The notes under the pieces are model-generated. The model did not search any database and was not told where the DNA came from. It saw nothing but the letters and a program-made list of their open reading frames with translations. Shown one piece after another: positions 44,742-58,430 of a stretch of DNA of 64,000 nt. The stretch comes from Terriglobia bacterium (lineage in GTDB: Bacteria; Acidobacteriota; Terriglobia; 20CM-2-55-15), in assembly GCA_965198225.1 (NCBI GenBank), contig CBDAOY010000009.1, positions 32,001 through 96,000 on the forward strand, in the 5' to 3' direction. Positions within the stretch are counted from its first letter, which is position 1; every line of letters begins with the position of its first letter. The translations under genes were made by a program, and so were the position numbers.

Positions 44742-44902
44742 GAGTAAAGTCTCACAAACGCCTGTTGAGCTGGGATTCGGTTCCGGCTGGCGGGCACGCT
44801 TTCTGCCTCAAATATACGTGTAGGTGCGGTCTATGACCGCACAATCAAACCTGGCACTCGTCTAACCGGCGAGACCCGACGACAGTAGCGGAGTAGAATC
44901 CC

Positions 44903-44977
<75 letters not shown>

Positions 44978-45006
44978 TTCTGAAGGGGTGCGGGCTTCCG
45001 GTGCCG

Positions 45007-45079
45007 GGGGATGTAGCTCAGTTGGGAGAGCGCCGCCCTTGCAAGGCGGAGGTCGTCGGTTCGATCCCGATCATCTCCA
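45007..45079 (+). tRNA. tRNA-Ala(TGC)
   Basis: GGGGATG/CATCTCC acceptor with G3-U70, TTGCAA loop. Confidence 0.97.
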
Positions 45080-45352
45080 TTGAAAGAAATCGAAATCCGA
45101 TTTCTTCACATTCGAAATTCGAGATCTCAGATTTCCAATTTCAAATTTTTCGCTTCGGCTTGCAGCCGGAGCGAAAGTCACCTGGTCTTTGACAACTGAA
45201 TATTGATGGGCAAACTCTACGAATTCCTGACGTAGAGCGAGCTGGAAAGCCTCTCCTGTTGGTGCGGTCTCTGACCGCACATGCGACATCTCTGCCGACC
45301 AGCACGCGAAACGTTTATGAGTAGAGCGAGCGCCTTAGGTAAAAGTTGTAGT

Positions 45353-48348
<2,996 letters not shown>

Positions 48349-48570
48349 TTATTGATCTAATCACTACCAAGTTCTTCCTATCGCGCTCATTGCCCATCAA
48401 TATTCTTTTGTTAAGGATCTCGTGTAGGTGCGGTCTATGACCGCACATCCGATCACGGCGTAGGTGCGGTCTATGACCGCACAATCCGATCTTTGAAAGA
48501 ATTTCTTCTGTAGGGTCGCTTTACGGGCACCAATTGTGCGGTCATAGACCGCACCTGCAGAACACCATTT

Positions 48571-48689
<119 letters not shown>

Positions 48690-48700
48690 TTAATTGAAGG

Positions 48701-48741
48701 AAAGCCCCGACAATTGGAAGTTGTCGGGGCTTTTCTGTTTT
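48701..48741 (+). terminator. rrn intrinsic terminator
   Basis: AAAGCCCCGACAA-TTGGAAG-TTGTCGGGGCTTT followed by a T-rich tail. Confidence 0.85.
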
Positions 48742-48823
48742 CCCGGTTATACTCTGCTTTCGGACGCCGGTTCCACGAAAACAACTGGCGCGTTCTAAGA
48801 ACGTCCGAATTGCGAGGAGACGC

Positions 48824-49279
48824 GTGACAATCCAGAGTTCTGTCCTCATCGCCCTGCTCTTCCTGCCTCAGGCGCCGCAACCAGAGTCGCCCTGGACCAC
48901 GGCCGACCTCGGCTGGCTTTCCGGCACCTGGCAGACCGAGGGCGAAACCCGCATCGAGGAACACTGGACCGAACCCGCCGGAGGGCTGATGCTCGGCCTC
49001 AATCGGACGATTCGGAGCGGACGCGCCATGGCTTTCGAGTTCCTTCGGATCGAAACCCGCCCGAACGGTCTGTTCTACGTGGCACAACCGGACGGAAGAG
49101 AGGGAACGGATTTCCAACTCGTCGAACTGACGCCGTCGCGGGCGACGTTCGAGAACATGGAGCACGACTATCCAAAGCGGATCGTCTACAGGAGGAACCA
49201 CGACGGCACCCTGACTGCAGAGATTTCCGGCACCCGCGACCAACCCGTGGGGAGATTTCACTTCAGGCCGGACGGCTGA
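48824..49279 (+). CDS. DUF6265-like secreted protein
   Basis: LGWLSGTW...EEHW..PAGGLMLG...FEFLRI...FEN.EHDYPKRIVY. Confidence 0.8.
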   Translation: MTIQSSVLIALLFLPQAPQPESPWTTADLGWLSGTWQTEGETRIEEHWTEPAGGLMLGLNRTIRSGRAMAFEFLRIETRPNGLFYVAQPDGREGTDFQLVELTPSRATFENMEHDYPKRIVYRRNHDGTLTAEISGTRDQPVGRFHFRPDG

Positions 49280-49383
49280 GGACCGTTTTCCCTGTCCGAG
49301 ACCGGTTGAGGAAGACCGCCTGCGTCCCACCGGGAGAGCCTCTCCGGCCGATCGCGCACCTCGGGGGCGACCTCGTGGGAAAC

Positions 49384-49863
49384 TCAGTCGCGCTCGATCT
49401 CGACCGCTACCAATTGACCTTCGTGAAGTTCGACTTCAACCTCGACAGGCATACCCACAACCAGCGAACTGGGGTCAAGACCGTCGAAACGCGTGGACTC
49501 GTTCAGAACGACCTGCACAGGACCCAGGGTCAGAATACTCCGAACGGGATCGATGCCGGTGATGAGTCCTTCGATGCTCGATTCGCTATCGTCGTTCTCG
49601 ATCTCCATCTCATGTGCGATCAGTCGACCGGAGTCATCGACGATGACTTCCAGCTCCAAATGGATTCCGGCCCTCAAATTCCCAACACCGGGAACGTTCG
49701 CGGCTTCCACGACTACTCGCCCCTCAAAGAGGGCAATGGTTGTCCCGCTCATGCTCGACACCGTCCCTTCGAACTCCATTTCCGTCATCGAAGAATCCTG
49801 ACCGTCAGGCTGGGCGGGCCAGGCCAGGAGCATTGTTGCAACCAGCACTGAAAACACTTTCAT
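49384..49863 (-). CDS. DUF5666-like exported protein
   Basis: Signal peptide, two EG.(V/I)...L..G..VEVE OB-like repeats. Confidence 0.7.
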   Translation of the reverse strand: MKVFSVLVATMLLAWPAQPDGQDSSMTEMEFEGTVSSMSGTTIALFEGRVVVEAANVPGVGNLRAGIHLELEVIVDDSGRLIAHEMEIENDDSESSIEGLITGIDPVRSILTLGPVQVVLNESTRFDGLDPSSLVVGMPVEVEVELHEGQLVAVEIERD

Positions 49864-50007
49864 ATCCGACTCCTTGTCAGGAGGCCGGTGGACCCCCTCG
49901 AGGGCAACAATACTTCCAGGCCCTGAAGATTCTCTGAACCCACTCGCGGTCACAGCCGGTGCAAGATGGTATTCTGCGGGCCCTATTTCACGCAGGAGTT
50001 CGCACTG

Positions 50008-50910
50008 GTGCCCGAACTACCCGACATCCAGGTTTATATCGAGGCGCTTGAACGCACGGTTCTCGGCCAGCGTATAGAGGGCATCCGTGTCGCCAGTCCG
50101 TTCCTAGTCCGTAGCATCGAACCCCCGGTGGAAAGGTTCAAGGGACGACGGGTGACCGGTTTCAAGCGGCTGGGAAAGCGGATCGTGATCGGGTTCGACG
50201 GCGATTACTTCCTCGTCCTGCATCTGATGATCGCCGGCCGGCTCCGGTGGAAGAAGAAGGGCGCAGGGCTTCCGGGGAGGATCGGTCTGGCGGCCTTCGA
50301 CCTCCAAAACGGAACGCTCCTGCTGACCGAGGCCGGCAGCAAGCGCCGCGTTTCTCTTTACGCCGTGGAGGGACGTGAGGGCCTGGCCGCCCACGACCGG
50401 GGCGGGATCGACGTCCTCGAGTGCACTCCGGACGAATTTCAACGGCGGCTCGTGGCAGGAAACCACACTCTGAAGCGCGCGCTCTGCGACCCGGCCAGCT
50501 TCAGCGGAATCGGCAACGCGTATTCGGATGAGATCCTTCACGCCGCGGGTCTGTCTCCGCTGCAACTGACCCGGAATCTCGAACCCGGAGAGATTGCAAC
50601 ACTGTTCGAAAAGACCCGCCAGACCCTCGAACTCTGGATCGACCGGCTCCGGGAGGAAGTCGGTTCCGATTTCCCGGACAAGGTGACCGCCTTCCGTCCC
50701 GAGATGGCCGTGCATGGGAAGCATCGGCAGGCCTGCCCGACGTGCGGCTCGCCAATTCAGCGGATCGTCTACGCGGCAAACGAAGTCAACTACTGCGCCC
50801 GCTGTCAGACAGGAGGAAAAGTCCTGAGGGACCGAGCCCTATCCCGACTCCTGAAAGCGGACTGGCCGCGGTCGATCGACGAGATGGAAGCCCTCAGGCC
50901 CGGAAACTGA
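50008..50910 (+). CDS. Fpg/Nei-family DNA glycosylase/AP lyase
   Basis: N-terminal PELPDI, RLGK, HLMIAG, GIGNAYSDEIL H2TH, CPTC...CARC zinc finger. Confidence 0.92.
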   Translation: MPELPDIQVYIEALERTVLGQRIEGIRVASPFLVRSIEPPVERFKGRRVTGFKRLGKRIVIGFDGDYFLVLHLMIAGRLRWKKKGAGLPGRIGLAAFDLQNGTLLLTEAGSKRRVSLYAVEGREGLAAHDRGGIDVLECTPDEFQRRLVAGNHTLKRALCDPASFSGIGNAYSDEILHAAGLSPLQLTRNLEPGEIATLFEKTRQTLELWIDRLREEVGSDFPDKVTAFRPEMAVHGKHRQACPTCGSPIQRIVYAANEVNYCARCQTGGKVLRDRALSRLLKADWPRSIDEMEALRPGN

Positions 50911-51462
50911 TTCCGCGCAGCGGCGTCCACGTCCGGCCGTACGCGAACCAGCATGCCAGCGCCAGCGAGCCGCAAAGGACGGCTCCGAGGGGAAAGTCGG
51001 TCCAGAGCCAATAGGAACCGGTGCCGTCAAACCGGAAGGCAAACACCGAAAGCGTGAAGAAAATGCCGAATCCCATGAAGACGCTGCGCCGATGCACTTT
51101 GCGCTTCGCCCGCAGCAGGCTTTCCATCTGTTCGTCAGGGGCCTGTATGGAAGGCGACGTGCTCTCGAACGGGAACTTCCATTCCTCCCGAACCAGCACA
51201 CCAAATTCAGGATCCTCGGCCAGGAAGACATCGACAAGGGTCCGTGTGTCGGCACTCGCCTCGCCCGACATGTAGGCTGGAAGCAGGTCGGTAATGCTTT
51301 TACTGTCTCGACCCGGATGCGATCGCTCACAGTCCACGCGCGCACGAAGGTCTCGGAGGCGATATCCCGCGCTGTGGAGGCGTCTCCGGACAGGAACAGC
51401 GCGAACCGGTAGACGTCGGGGTTGTAGTGTTCGTAAAGTGTGCCGAACTCGACCGCGTCCAT
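50894..51462 (-). pseudogene. Deletion-fused ECF sigma (region 2 only) and anti-sigma remnant
   Basis: FGTLYEHY..DVYRFAL...DIASETFVRAW ends near 51296; another frame then gives ITDLLPAYMSGEASADTR..V..FL plus two TMs. Confidence 0.75.
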
Positions 51463-51583
51463 GGCTGTTTAAGATATGCGGGAAGACCAAAAAAGTTACA
51501 GCAGGTAGCAGAAAAAATGTCTCATCGAATGGCTCACAAACACCGGAATGTTATAAGATTGCCGATATTTTTCGGGCGTTAGC

Positions 51584-52387
51584 GTGAGGACGCGCCCGAT
51601 CGAAATCCAAGGAGCGAATGACTTGCGTAGCATTCTTCTAATGCCTCTGCTGATGCTCACCGGTGGCCTGATTATGTCCTCGGGAGACGCCGCCGGCGCT
51701 GAACCCATCGAGCAGAACTCCGAGCGGTGGACCACCTGGCACGGCATCTACACCGAATCGGAAGCTGACAGTGGATGGTACGGGTACGGATCCAGGTGTG
51801 CCCGCTGTCATGGAGAGAACCTGGAAGGCGGCAGCGGTCCGCCATTGGTGGGTGACCGGTTCATGGAGAGCTGGCGCGAGGACACCTTGGACAGTCTGTT
51901 CAGGAGGATCAGCAAGATGCCCCCTCAGGGACCGTGGCTGGACGACCAGACCTACCTCGACATCCTGGGCTACATGCTGCAAGCGAACGGGTACCCCTCC
52001 GGTAGCTACCGACTCAGCACCGACACTCTCGAGACAGTCTGGATCGAAGGCATGAACGGGCCAGAACCGGTACCGGACCGGGCGATCGTCGAAGTCGTCG
52101 GCTGCCTGGCGCAAGCGAGTGGTGAATGGATTCTGACGAAAGCCAGTGAACCGGTTCGAGCCCGGCAGTCGGAAAAAACGAATCCCGAGGACTTGAAGGC
52201 AGCCGAGTCCAAACCGCTGGGGAATTACGAGTTCCTGCTGACGAATTTCTACATGCTCGGTGCATTCGATCCCGATCCCTATTTGGAACACAAGATGCTG
52301 GCCAAAGGAGCCCTCAACAGACGGTCGGATGGCGACCGGATCAGCCTGACGGGTTTAGGCATGGTTGCTGACAGTTGCGAGTGGTAA
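51584..52387 (+). CDS. Exported monoheme cytochrome c with a C-terminal beta domain (start uncertain)
   Basis: Signal peptide, GIYT, CARCH, MPP distal ligand, second domain VVGCL. Confidence 0.85.
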   Translation: MRTRPIEIQGANDLRSILLMPLLMLTGGLIMSSGDAAGAEPIEQNSERWTTWHGIYTESEADSGWYGYGSRCARCHGENLEGGSGPPLVGDRFMESWREDTLDSLFRRISKMPPQGPWLDDQTYLDILGYMLQANGYPSGSYRLSTDTLETVWIEGMNGPEPVPDRAIVEVVGCLAQASGEWILTKASEPVRARQSEKTNPEDLKAAESKPLGNYEFLLTNFYMLGAFDPDPYLEHKMLAKGALNRRSDGDRISLTGLGMVADSCEW

Positions 52388-52420
52388 CAGACTAGAACAG
52401 GCAGGGTACTTAGGACTAAA

Positions 52421-52460
52421 GAGCCCCGACCGGGTCCGAACGGCCGGGGCTTTGTTGTTT
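52421..52460 (+). terminator. Intrinsic terminator-like hairpin
   Basis: AGCCCCG.CCG...CGG.CGGGGCT then TTGTTGTTT. Confidence 0.55.
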
Positions 52461-52662
52461 CTCGAGGGGAACCGCCAGCTAGATCGAAGACGCTCGGATT
52501 TCCGCCAGCAATTCGCGTCGAAGGGCATCCAGTTTCTCGGCCATCGAACCGAGACGCCCGTCGATCTTCTCATGCAGCGCCGCCAGGCGACGTCATCAAT
52601 CATGGCTTCGTCCACGGGCCGGTGAGGGGCAAGTTGATCCCAACACTAGCTATGACTCGGTC

Positions 52663-53874
52663 ATGCTCGAAGCCTGCAACGCCAGTTTCCAGATCCACCT
52701 GCAGGTTGCTCCGGACGAGTTTACGCGAGCCTACAACGCGGCGCAGGCTTACGCCGGTCCGATTCTGGCAGCTGCAACCAACTCCCCGATGCTGTTCGGT
52801 CGACGCCTCTGGCAGGAAACGCGGATCGCCCTCTTCCAGCAAGCGGTCGAAACGCGAGACCCGACCATGGAGCATCGCGAGACTCCGGAGCGGGTGAATT
52901 TTGGAAAGCGATGGCTGAAGGGCTCCCCGGTCGACCTGTTCCGGGAAGACATCACGCACTTCAAGACCTTGCTGGTGCCGCCCGCTATGGACGACTCCGA
53001 AGACCCGCTCGCAATGCTCGAGCGGGGTCAGATCCCGGGACTCGGCGCGCTGTGTCTGCAGAACGGCACGATCTGGCGGTGGAACCGCCCCTGCTACGGA
53101 ATCACCGCCGGAAAACCCCACTTCCGGATCGAGAACAGGCTTCTCCCCGCGGGCCCCTCGATACCGGATCAGGTCGCGAACGCGGTACTCTGGCTGGGTC
53201 TCATGAACCACGCGGTTCAACGCCAGGAGGACTTCGCCGAACTGATGGATTTCGAATCGGTGAAGGAGAACTTCATCGCGGCGAGCCGGCAGGGGCTGAA
53301 GGCGCAGTTCTCGTGGATCGGCGGCGAGATCGTTCCCGCGCAGCGGTTCGTCGAGGACGAGCTACTTCCCCGGGCGCGGGAGGGCCTGAGTGCGGCGGGA
53401 GTGAACGCTTCTGACGCCGAGCGCTATCTCGGAATCCTCGGAGAAAGGGTTCGCTCCGGAAAAACGGGCTCGGGCTGGATGCTGCGTTCGATGGCCGACA
53501 TGAAGAACCAGGGCACTGCCAGCGAACGTCACAGCGCCTTGAGCAGGGCCATCGCCTCGCGACAAACAAAGGGACGACCCGTCCATGAGTGGTCGCTGGC
53601 CGCACTCCGGGAGGCGGGTGGGTGGCAGCACCACTATGTCCAGGTCGAGCAGTTCATGACGACCGAGATCTTCACGGTTCACGAAGAGGACTCCGTCGAT
53701 CTGGTGGCCAACCTCATGCGCTGGGAAGGCATCCGCCATGTCCTGGTCGAGAACCACGAACACCGGCTCGTCGGCCTTGTATCCTACCGGGCGCTCCTCC
53801 GCGTACTCGCGGAGAAACGATCCCCGGATGAAGACTCCCTTCCGGTCTCAGCAGTCAGTAAGTCAAGATGGTGA
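52663..53874 (+). pseudogene. Glutamate-cysteine ligase (GCS2)-like/CBS fusion, truncated at both ends
   Basis: Starts mid-domain (DSVMLEACNASFQIHLQV, NSP, ETRIALFQQ, WRWNRPCY, RIENR); only one CBS repeat before the stop. Confidence 0.7.
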
Positions 53875-53902
53875 CCGGCAACTGACAAATGGCTGCGGGC
53901 TG

Positions 53903-54280
53903 CTAAGCCGACTCCGGTAACTCCACGAGAGTTACGATGTTGCCGTCCGGGTCTTTGAAATGCGCAAGTGTTCCGCCCCAGGGTTGTTTCTCGGGCTCTC
54001 CAATAAACTCGACCTCTCGTTCGGACAGCCTGTCGAAAGTGTCGTTGATGTTCGGGACCTCGAGCGACGCGGCAAGGTTTCGCGGAACAAGTTCGGATGC
54101 CTCCTCGTCGTCCCTTGCGATGAATTCCAGAAGAAGCTTGGTCGGCCCAGTGTCGAACATCGCAAAACCAGACCCGGGGTCCTCGACCTCCGCTCGAAGG
54201 CCGATGGTGTCCCTGTAGAAGTTCAACGCGGCATCGAAGTCACAGGTAAAAACCCGAACCGCAGATAGTCTGTACGTCAC
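53903..54280 (-). CDS. VOC/glyoxalase-family protein
   Basis: DFDAALNFYRDTIGL...QPWGG..AHFKDPDGN; GGAGGGG RBS. Confidence 0.9.
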   Translation of the reverse strand: MTYRLSAVRVFTCDFDAALNFYRDTIGLRAEVEDPGSGFAMFDTGPTKLLLEFIARDDEEASELVPRNLAASLEVPNINDTFDRLSEREVEFIGEPEKQPWGGTLAHFKDPDGNIVTLVELPESA

Positions 54281-54330
54281 AATTCCCCCTCCGGCACTCT
54301 TCCGACAACTGACTACTGGCTACAATTCTT

Positions 54331-54786
54331 CTACATCTCGTTGTCGGGCTGCTCCTCTTCGCCTGATTCGTCCTGGACATCCAGCGCGATAATTCGCGAT
54401 ATCTCTGCGGACCACAATCTTGCCTCCGTGACCCATAGGAACGGTTTCAACAGGATACGCTTGCCGGTTTTCGTCTCGAGGAACACTGGATAGCGCACCA
54501 TCCTCCCCACGTTGGCTTCGCCGGGCTTCGGACCCAGCTTCTCGGTGATTGCCATGGACCGGAACTTCGAGAAATCGTATTCACGTGAGAAGACCGGCAA
54601 GGGTACCCAGCCCCACCATCGACGAATCTTTCGACGGCGACCGTCGATGACGACGCCGCGGCCGATCAGGAAGATGACGACCCCGACACCCGCCAAAAGC
54701 AATCCTGTAGGGACTCCATGAAAAGGCAGGATCAAACCGATAAAGGCAACGTCCAGACTGCCCAGGATCAAGCCGACGCCGATCAC
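54331..54786 (-). CDS. Hypothetical membrane protein (N-terminus may lie in the overlapping ORF 54783-54974)
   Basis: Two TM helices followed by a soluble domain. Confidence 0.6.
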   Translation of the reverse strand: MIGVGLILGSLDVAFIGLILPFHGVPTGLLLAGVGVVIFLIGRGVVIDGRRRKIRRWWGWVPLPVFSREYDFSKFRSMAITEKLGPKPGEANVGRMVRYPVFLETKTGKRILLKPFLWVTEARLWSAEISRIIALDVQDESGEEEQPDNEM

Positions 54787-55025
54787 AGGCAGATGGGAAC
54801 GCTCCGTCGAAACTCTATCGTGTTGGGACCCGATCTGCGAATCTGCGTGTACTCATCCCAGACGCCCCACTCCGAAGAGATTGGCTGGAGCTTGAACTGT
54901 CGGCGTTTTCGGCCTCCCGATGACGAACTCATGCACGGTCCCCGTTCACCCGTCGGCCGTACTGACACAGGCATTGCGGTACGAGCGTCACCAGTAGTCC
55001 GGCAGTCAGGTGGAAGAAGAGCGGA

Positions 55026-55373
55026 TTACTGGCTACTGCCCAGCTGGGCGGCGTAGGTCTGCACGGCAATCTTGTCGTCGCGGACCACGAAAGTGTCGGT
55101 TCCCAGCAGAATCCACGGGAGCGCTTCCCAGTGGATGTAGGCAACTTCTCCGACAACTTCCTTTCGGCAAATCTTGAACGCTTCCCATATCCCCTCAGGT
55201 AGCCCTTTCACAAAGTCGGTGAAAAAGGCACGGAGCTCTTCCAGACCGCGGTAGGTCCCCTCCGGTGCGATGACGACCGAGTCTTCCGTGTAATCGGCCA
55301 TGATCGAATCGATTCCCTCGCCAAAGGCCTGAAGATGGTGGTTCAGGACTGCCTCAGTTCTATCGGTCGACAT
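55026..55373 (-). CDS. SnoaL/NTF2-like protein
   Basis: HHLQAF...IMADYTEDSV...GTDTFVVRDDKI..QT. Confidence 0.85.
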   Translation of the reverse strand: MSTDRTEAVLNHHLQAFGEGIDSIMADYTEDSVVIAPEGTYRGLEELRAFFTDFVKGLPEGIWEAFKICRKEVVGEVAYIHWEALPWILLGTDTFVVRDDKIAVQTYAAQLGSSQ

Positions 55374-55425
55374 AGGCTCTCATGTCTCCTTTCCTCTCGG
55401 TTCACATATAACTGACGACGCCCTA

Positions 55426-56133
55426 CTAAGTGACCAGATATCGCGTCTCCAGCGGTTCCTCGACGACCCGTCCGTCGACGGCGGCGACGCGATAGGCCCT
55501 GGCATTCGGCCGTGACGAAACCGCGGCATGGATGTCGCCGTCGATCAAATGCAACGCGACCCCGTCGTCCATGGCGTAGCCGGTCTTGGCAGCTCCTTTT
55601 TTCAGGACACGATGGTACGAGGGCCTGCGGTCGACTTCACCATCGTAATGGGGACTGCAGCTTCCTGGCACGAATCCCAGACAGTCGAGTACGGCCAGTT
55701 CCTCCGCATAGGAGTCGGTCAGGCCCTGTTCAAACCAACAGATGGCGCCGGCGCTGACGCCGGCCATCACGACACCGTCCCTCCATGCTTTCTCGAGCAA
55801 CTCCGTAAGACCCCATTCCCGCCAGAGAGCGAGCATGCTCTTTGTATTGCCGCCACCGACGTATATGACGTCCTGAGCCTGTATCAGCGAACGCAGATCG
55901 GGAGTCCTGTCGAAGAGCATCAGGTGGGAAGGCCGGCAGTCGAGTTGGGAATAGGCGGCATAGAAGGCCTGAATGTAGCCCGCGGAATCGCCTGATGCCG
56001 TCGGAACGAAACAGACGGCGGGGTTCGAGACCGCCGCCTGTTCGAGAATGTAGCGATCGAGCGCCAAATCGTTCGTGTCGGATGAGAATCCGCCTCCGCC
56101 AAGCGCAACAATCTGCTTCGTCGGGCCACTCAT
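55426..56133 (-). CDS. Peptidase E (S51) family
   Basis: PTASGD, YVGGGNT, GVSAGA, PHYD. Confidence 0.9.
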   Translation of the reverse strand: MSGPTKQIVALGGGGFSSDTNDLALDRYILEQAAVSNPAVCFVPTASGDSAGYIQAFYAAYSQLDCRPSHLMLFDRTPDLRSLIQAQDVIYVGGGNTKSMLALWREWGLTELLEKAWRDGVVMAGVSAGAICWFEQGLTDSYAEELAVLDCLGFVPGSCSPHYDGEVDRRPSYHRVLKKGAAKTGYAMDDGVALHLIDGDIHAAVSSRPNARAYRVAAVDGRVVEEPLETRYLVT

Positions 56134-56522
56134 TTGTTAATTGTCATAGTGGGTCGTCCGTTAAGAAGTATTGATGGCTTTCCGACTTGTCACCAGTCAG
56201 TCGTCACTTGTCACTGGTTGTAACAGGCCATTGATCCCTTACGTCCGATCAGTCTACCGAGAAAGCACGGGTCGGACACATTGGAATGTTCGATTTCGAA
56301 CAGTTCAGACCGGAAACGGACGAGATGTACCGGGTTCGCAGTCCCAAAGTCGAGACCGATCACGTCGGCCGAAGCCGAAAACCTCCCTGTTTTCTTGAGG
56401 AAGGGCAACCGAATCTCCGTTCTCGTGTCTATCCAAACAATGGCACGGGACTTGCCATGCACTGCTGTGGAAGAGTTTTTTTCTGAACGAAAAGCGCCCG
56501 AGCCTCGTAGAGATAGTAAGAG

Positions 56523-57179
56523 ATGACTCATTCCGACAGCGGAGAACACAGGATCCCGAACCAGGTGGTGAAAATGGCCGGCGGGGGCCACGGAACCGCC
56601 GAGGAACGGATCCTTGTCGAACGTGCCAAGGGTGGCAACCAGGAAGCGTTCGAGAAGCTGGTGCACATCTGCGACCGCGGTGTGCTCAGACTCGCCTATC
56701 GTAGTATGCTCGGAAACGCCGAAGACGCCCAGGACGCTTACCAGGAAACGTTCCTCAAGGCTTTTCGCTACCTCAGAAACTTCCGCTTCGAATCCAGCCT
56801 GAACACGTGGATATACCAGATCGCCACCAACGTCTGCCTGGACCGACTCCGCCAGCGGCAGAAGCGGCGAGAGTCGACGATGGACGAGGGGCGCACGGAC
56901 CCGGCGGACGCCTTTGCCGCGGTCACGGACTCGGCAACGTCGATGGCCAGTTCCTACACCAACCCGGAACGCAGGCTGTACGGTAAGGAGCTAGGCGAGC
57001 AGATCGACGCTGCGGTGAGAACTCTCTCAGAAAAAGAACGCCTGGTTTTTGAGATGAAGCACTACGGCGGCTTCAAGCTCCGGATCATCGGCGAAATCCT
57101 AAGGACCAGCGAGGGCGCCGCGAAGAACTACCTGTTCCGGGCCACCCGGAAACTGCGCGCCCAACTGGCGCGCGCCTGA
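56523..57179 (+). CDS. ECF sigma-70 factor
   Basis: DAQDAYQETFLKAF, TWIYQIATN region 2; LSEKERLVF...IGEIL...AKNYLFRA region 4. Confidence 0.92.
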   Translation: MTHSDSGEHRIPNQVVKMAGGGHGTAEERILVERAKGGNQEAFEKLVHICDRGVLRLAYRSMLGNAEDAQDAYQETFLKAFRYLRNFRFESSLNTWIYQIATNVCLDRLRQRQKRRESTMDEGRTDPADAFAAVTDSATSMASSYTNPERRLYGKELGEQIDAAVRTLSEKERLVFEMKHYGGFKLRIIGEILRTSEGAAKNYLFRATRKLRAQLARA

Positions 57180-57325
57180 CTTTCCTCTCCTCGTAAGAAC
57201 CTCCCCGGGCGTCAGCTCCAAACGCGCATACATTGTGTATACTAGCAACCTGCGGCGGAAGCCTTATGTCTGCCGACAGCTCGTGGATCCTCGGTGAGTG
57301 GTGTGGCTCGGGAGGAAACCACAGG

Positions 57326-58114
57326 ATGCAGTTTCAAGACCTCTTCCGGGAGCCCGAGGTCGGGGTTCGGCTGGCCGAACACATGCCGGACTGGTTGCTG
57401 GTTTTCGACCGGAAGGGACCTCTGCTGGATGCCAACCGGAAGGCATGCGACGCCCTCGGATACTCCCACGACGAGTTGCTCTCGCTCAGCTTGTGGGACA
57501 TCACCCGGGGCTTCTCAGCCGATGAGTTCTCAACGCTCTTCGGGCCGATTCCCGAGCTGCCCCTCATCCTCACTGGATTCAGCCGGCACAAGAACGGTGG
57601 CATGCACCCGATCCAGGTACACGCCTGGGCGCACCGGCTCGACAACACCGAAATGATCCTGGCGGTCGTTCGGGACATAACCCAGAACGAGCTGGCAAAG
57701 AGGGCTCTGGAGGACAGCGAGGAAAGGTTCCGCAAGATCTTCGAGCATTCGAACGATGCGATCCTCGTCGTCGATCCCGAGAACGATGCGATACTGGACG
57801 CGAACCCGCAGGCTTGCTCGATGCTCGGCTACCCCTATCGCGAGTTGCGCTCTACACCCATCAGCTCCATCCATCCGCACGAAATGCCCGAGCTCCTGTC
57901 GTTTGCCGATTCGGTTCTCGAGGTGGGTAGCTGCTGGACCCATGAGCTGAGCTGCCGTACGAAGAGCGGGGTGGTTCTCCCTGCAGAGATTTCGGCGTCG
58001 CTGCTGGAGATCGACGACCGGCCGGTCGTGCTGGCCGTAATCCGGAACCTGGGCGAGGGCAACGTGGAGGAAGGTCGACTCCAGGCCCGCCCCCAGCAGG
58101 AACAGACGTCCTGA
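57326..58114 (+). CDS. Tandem PAS-domain protein without output domain
   Basis: Two PAS repeats (ANRKACDALGYS, VRDIT; SEERFRKIFEHSNDAI, ANPQACSMLGY). Confidence 0.8.
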   Translation: MQFQDLFREPEVGVRLAEHMPDWLLVFDRKGPLLDANRKACDALGYSHDELLSLSLWDITRGFSADEFSTLFGPIPELPLILTGFSRHKNGGMHPIQVHAWAHRLDNTEMILAVVRDITQNELAKRALEDSEERFRKIFEHSNDAILVVDPENDAILDANPQACSMLGYPYRELRSTPISSIHPHEMPELLSFADSVLEVGSCWTHELSCRTKSGVVLPAEISASLLEIDDRPVVLAVIRNLGEGNVEEGRLQARPQQEQTS

Positions 58115-58132
58115 CGGCTGACCGCCTCAGCC

Positions 58133-58420
58133 TCACACACCGGCGGCAACGATCAAGTTCGCTTTCGAAGCCTGCTGCCGAAGCTCTTTCGGACCCCGGT
58201 ATTCTTCCGACGACCACCACTCTTTGGCACGCTCGACACTGTCGAATTCGAGGATCACGAACCGTCCCGGGTTCCAGTCGCCTTCCAGAACTTCCGTCTC
58301 GCCTCCCCGTACGAGGAATCGGCCGCCGTATGCTTCGATCGTAGCCGGCACATGCTTCTTGTACTCTTCGTACTTAGCGGCGTCTTCGACATTCACTTGG
58401 ACGACGATGTAGGCGGACAT
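58133..58420 (-). CDS. DUF1330 protein
   Basis: YGGRFLVRGG...LEGDW...ILEFDS.E.AKEWW.SEEY. Confidence 0.92.
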   Translation of the reverse strand: MSAYIVVQVNVEDAAKYEEYKKHVPATIEAYGGRFLVRGGETEVLEGDWNPGRFVILEFDSVERAKEWWSSEEYRGPKELRQQASKANLIVAAGV

Positions 58421-58430
58421 AGCAATCTCC

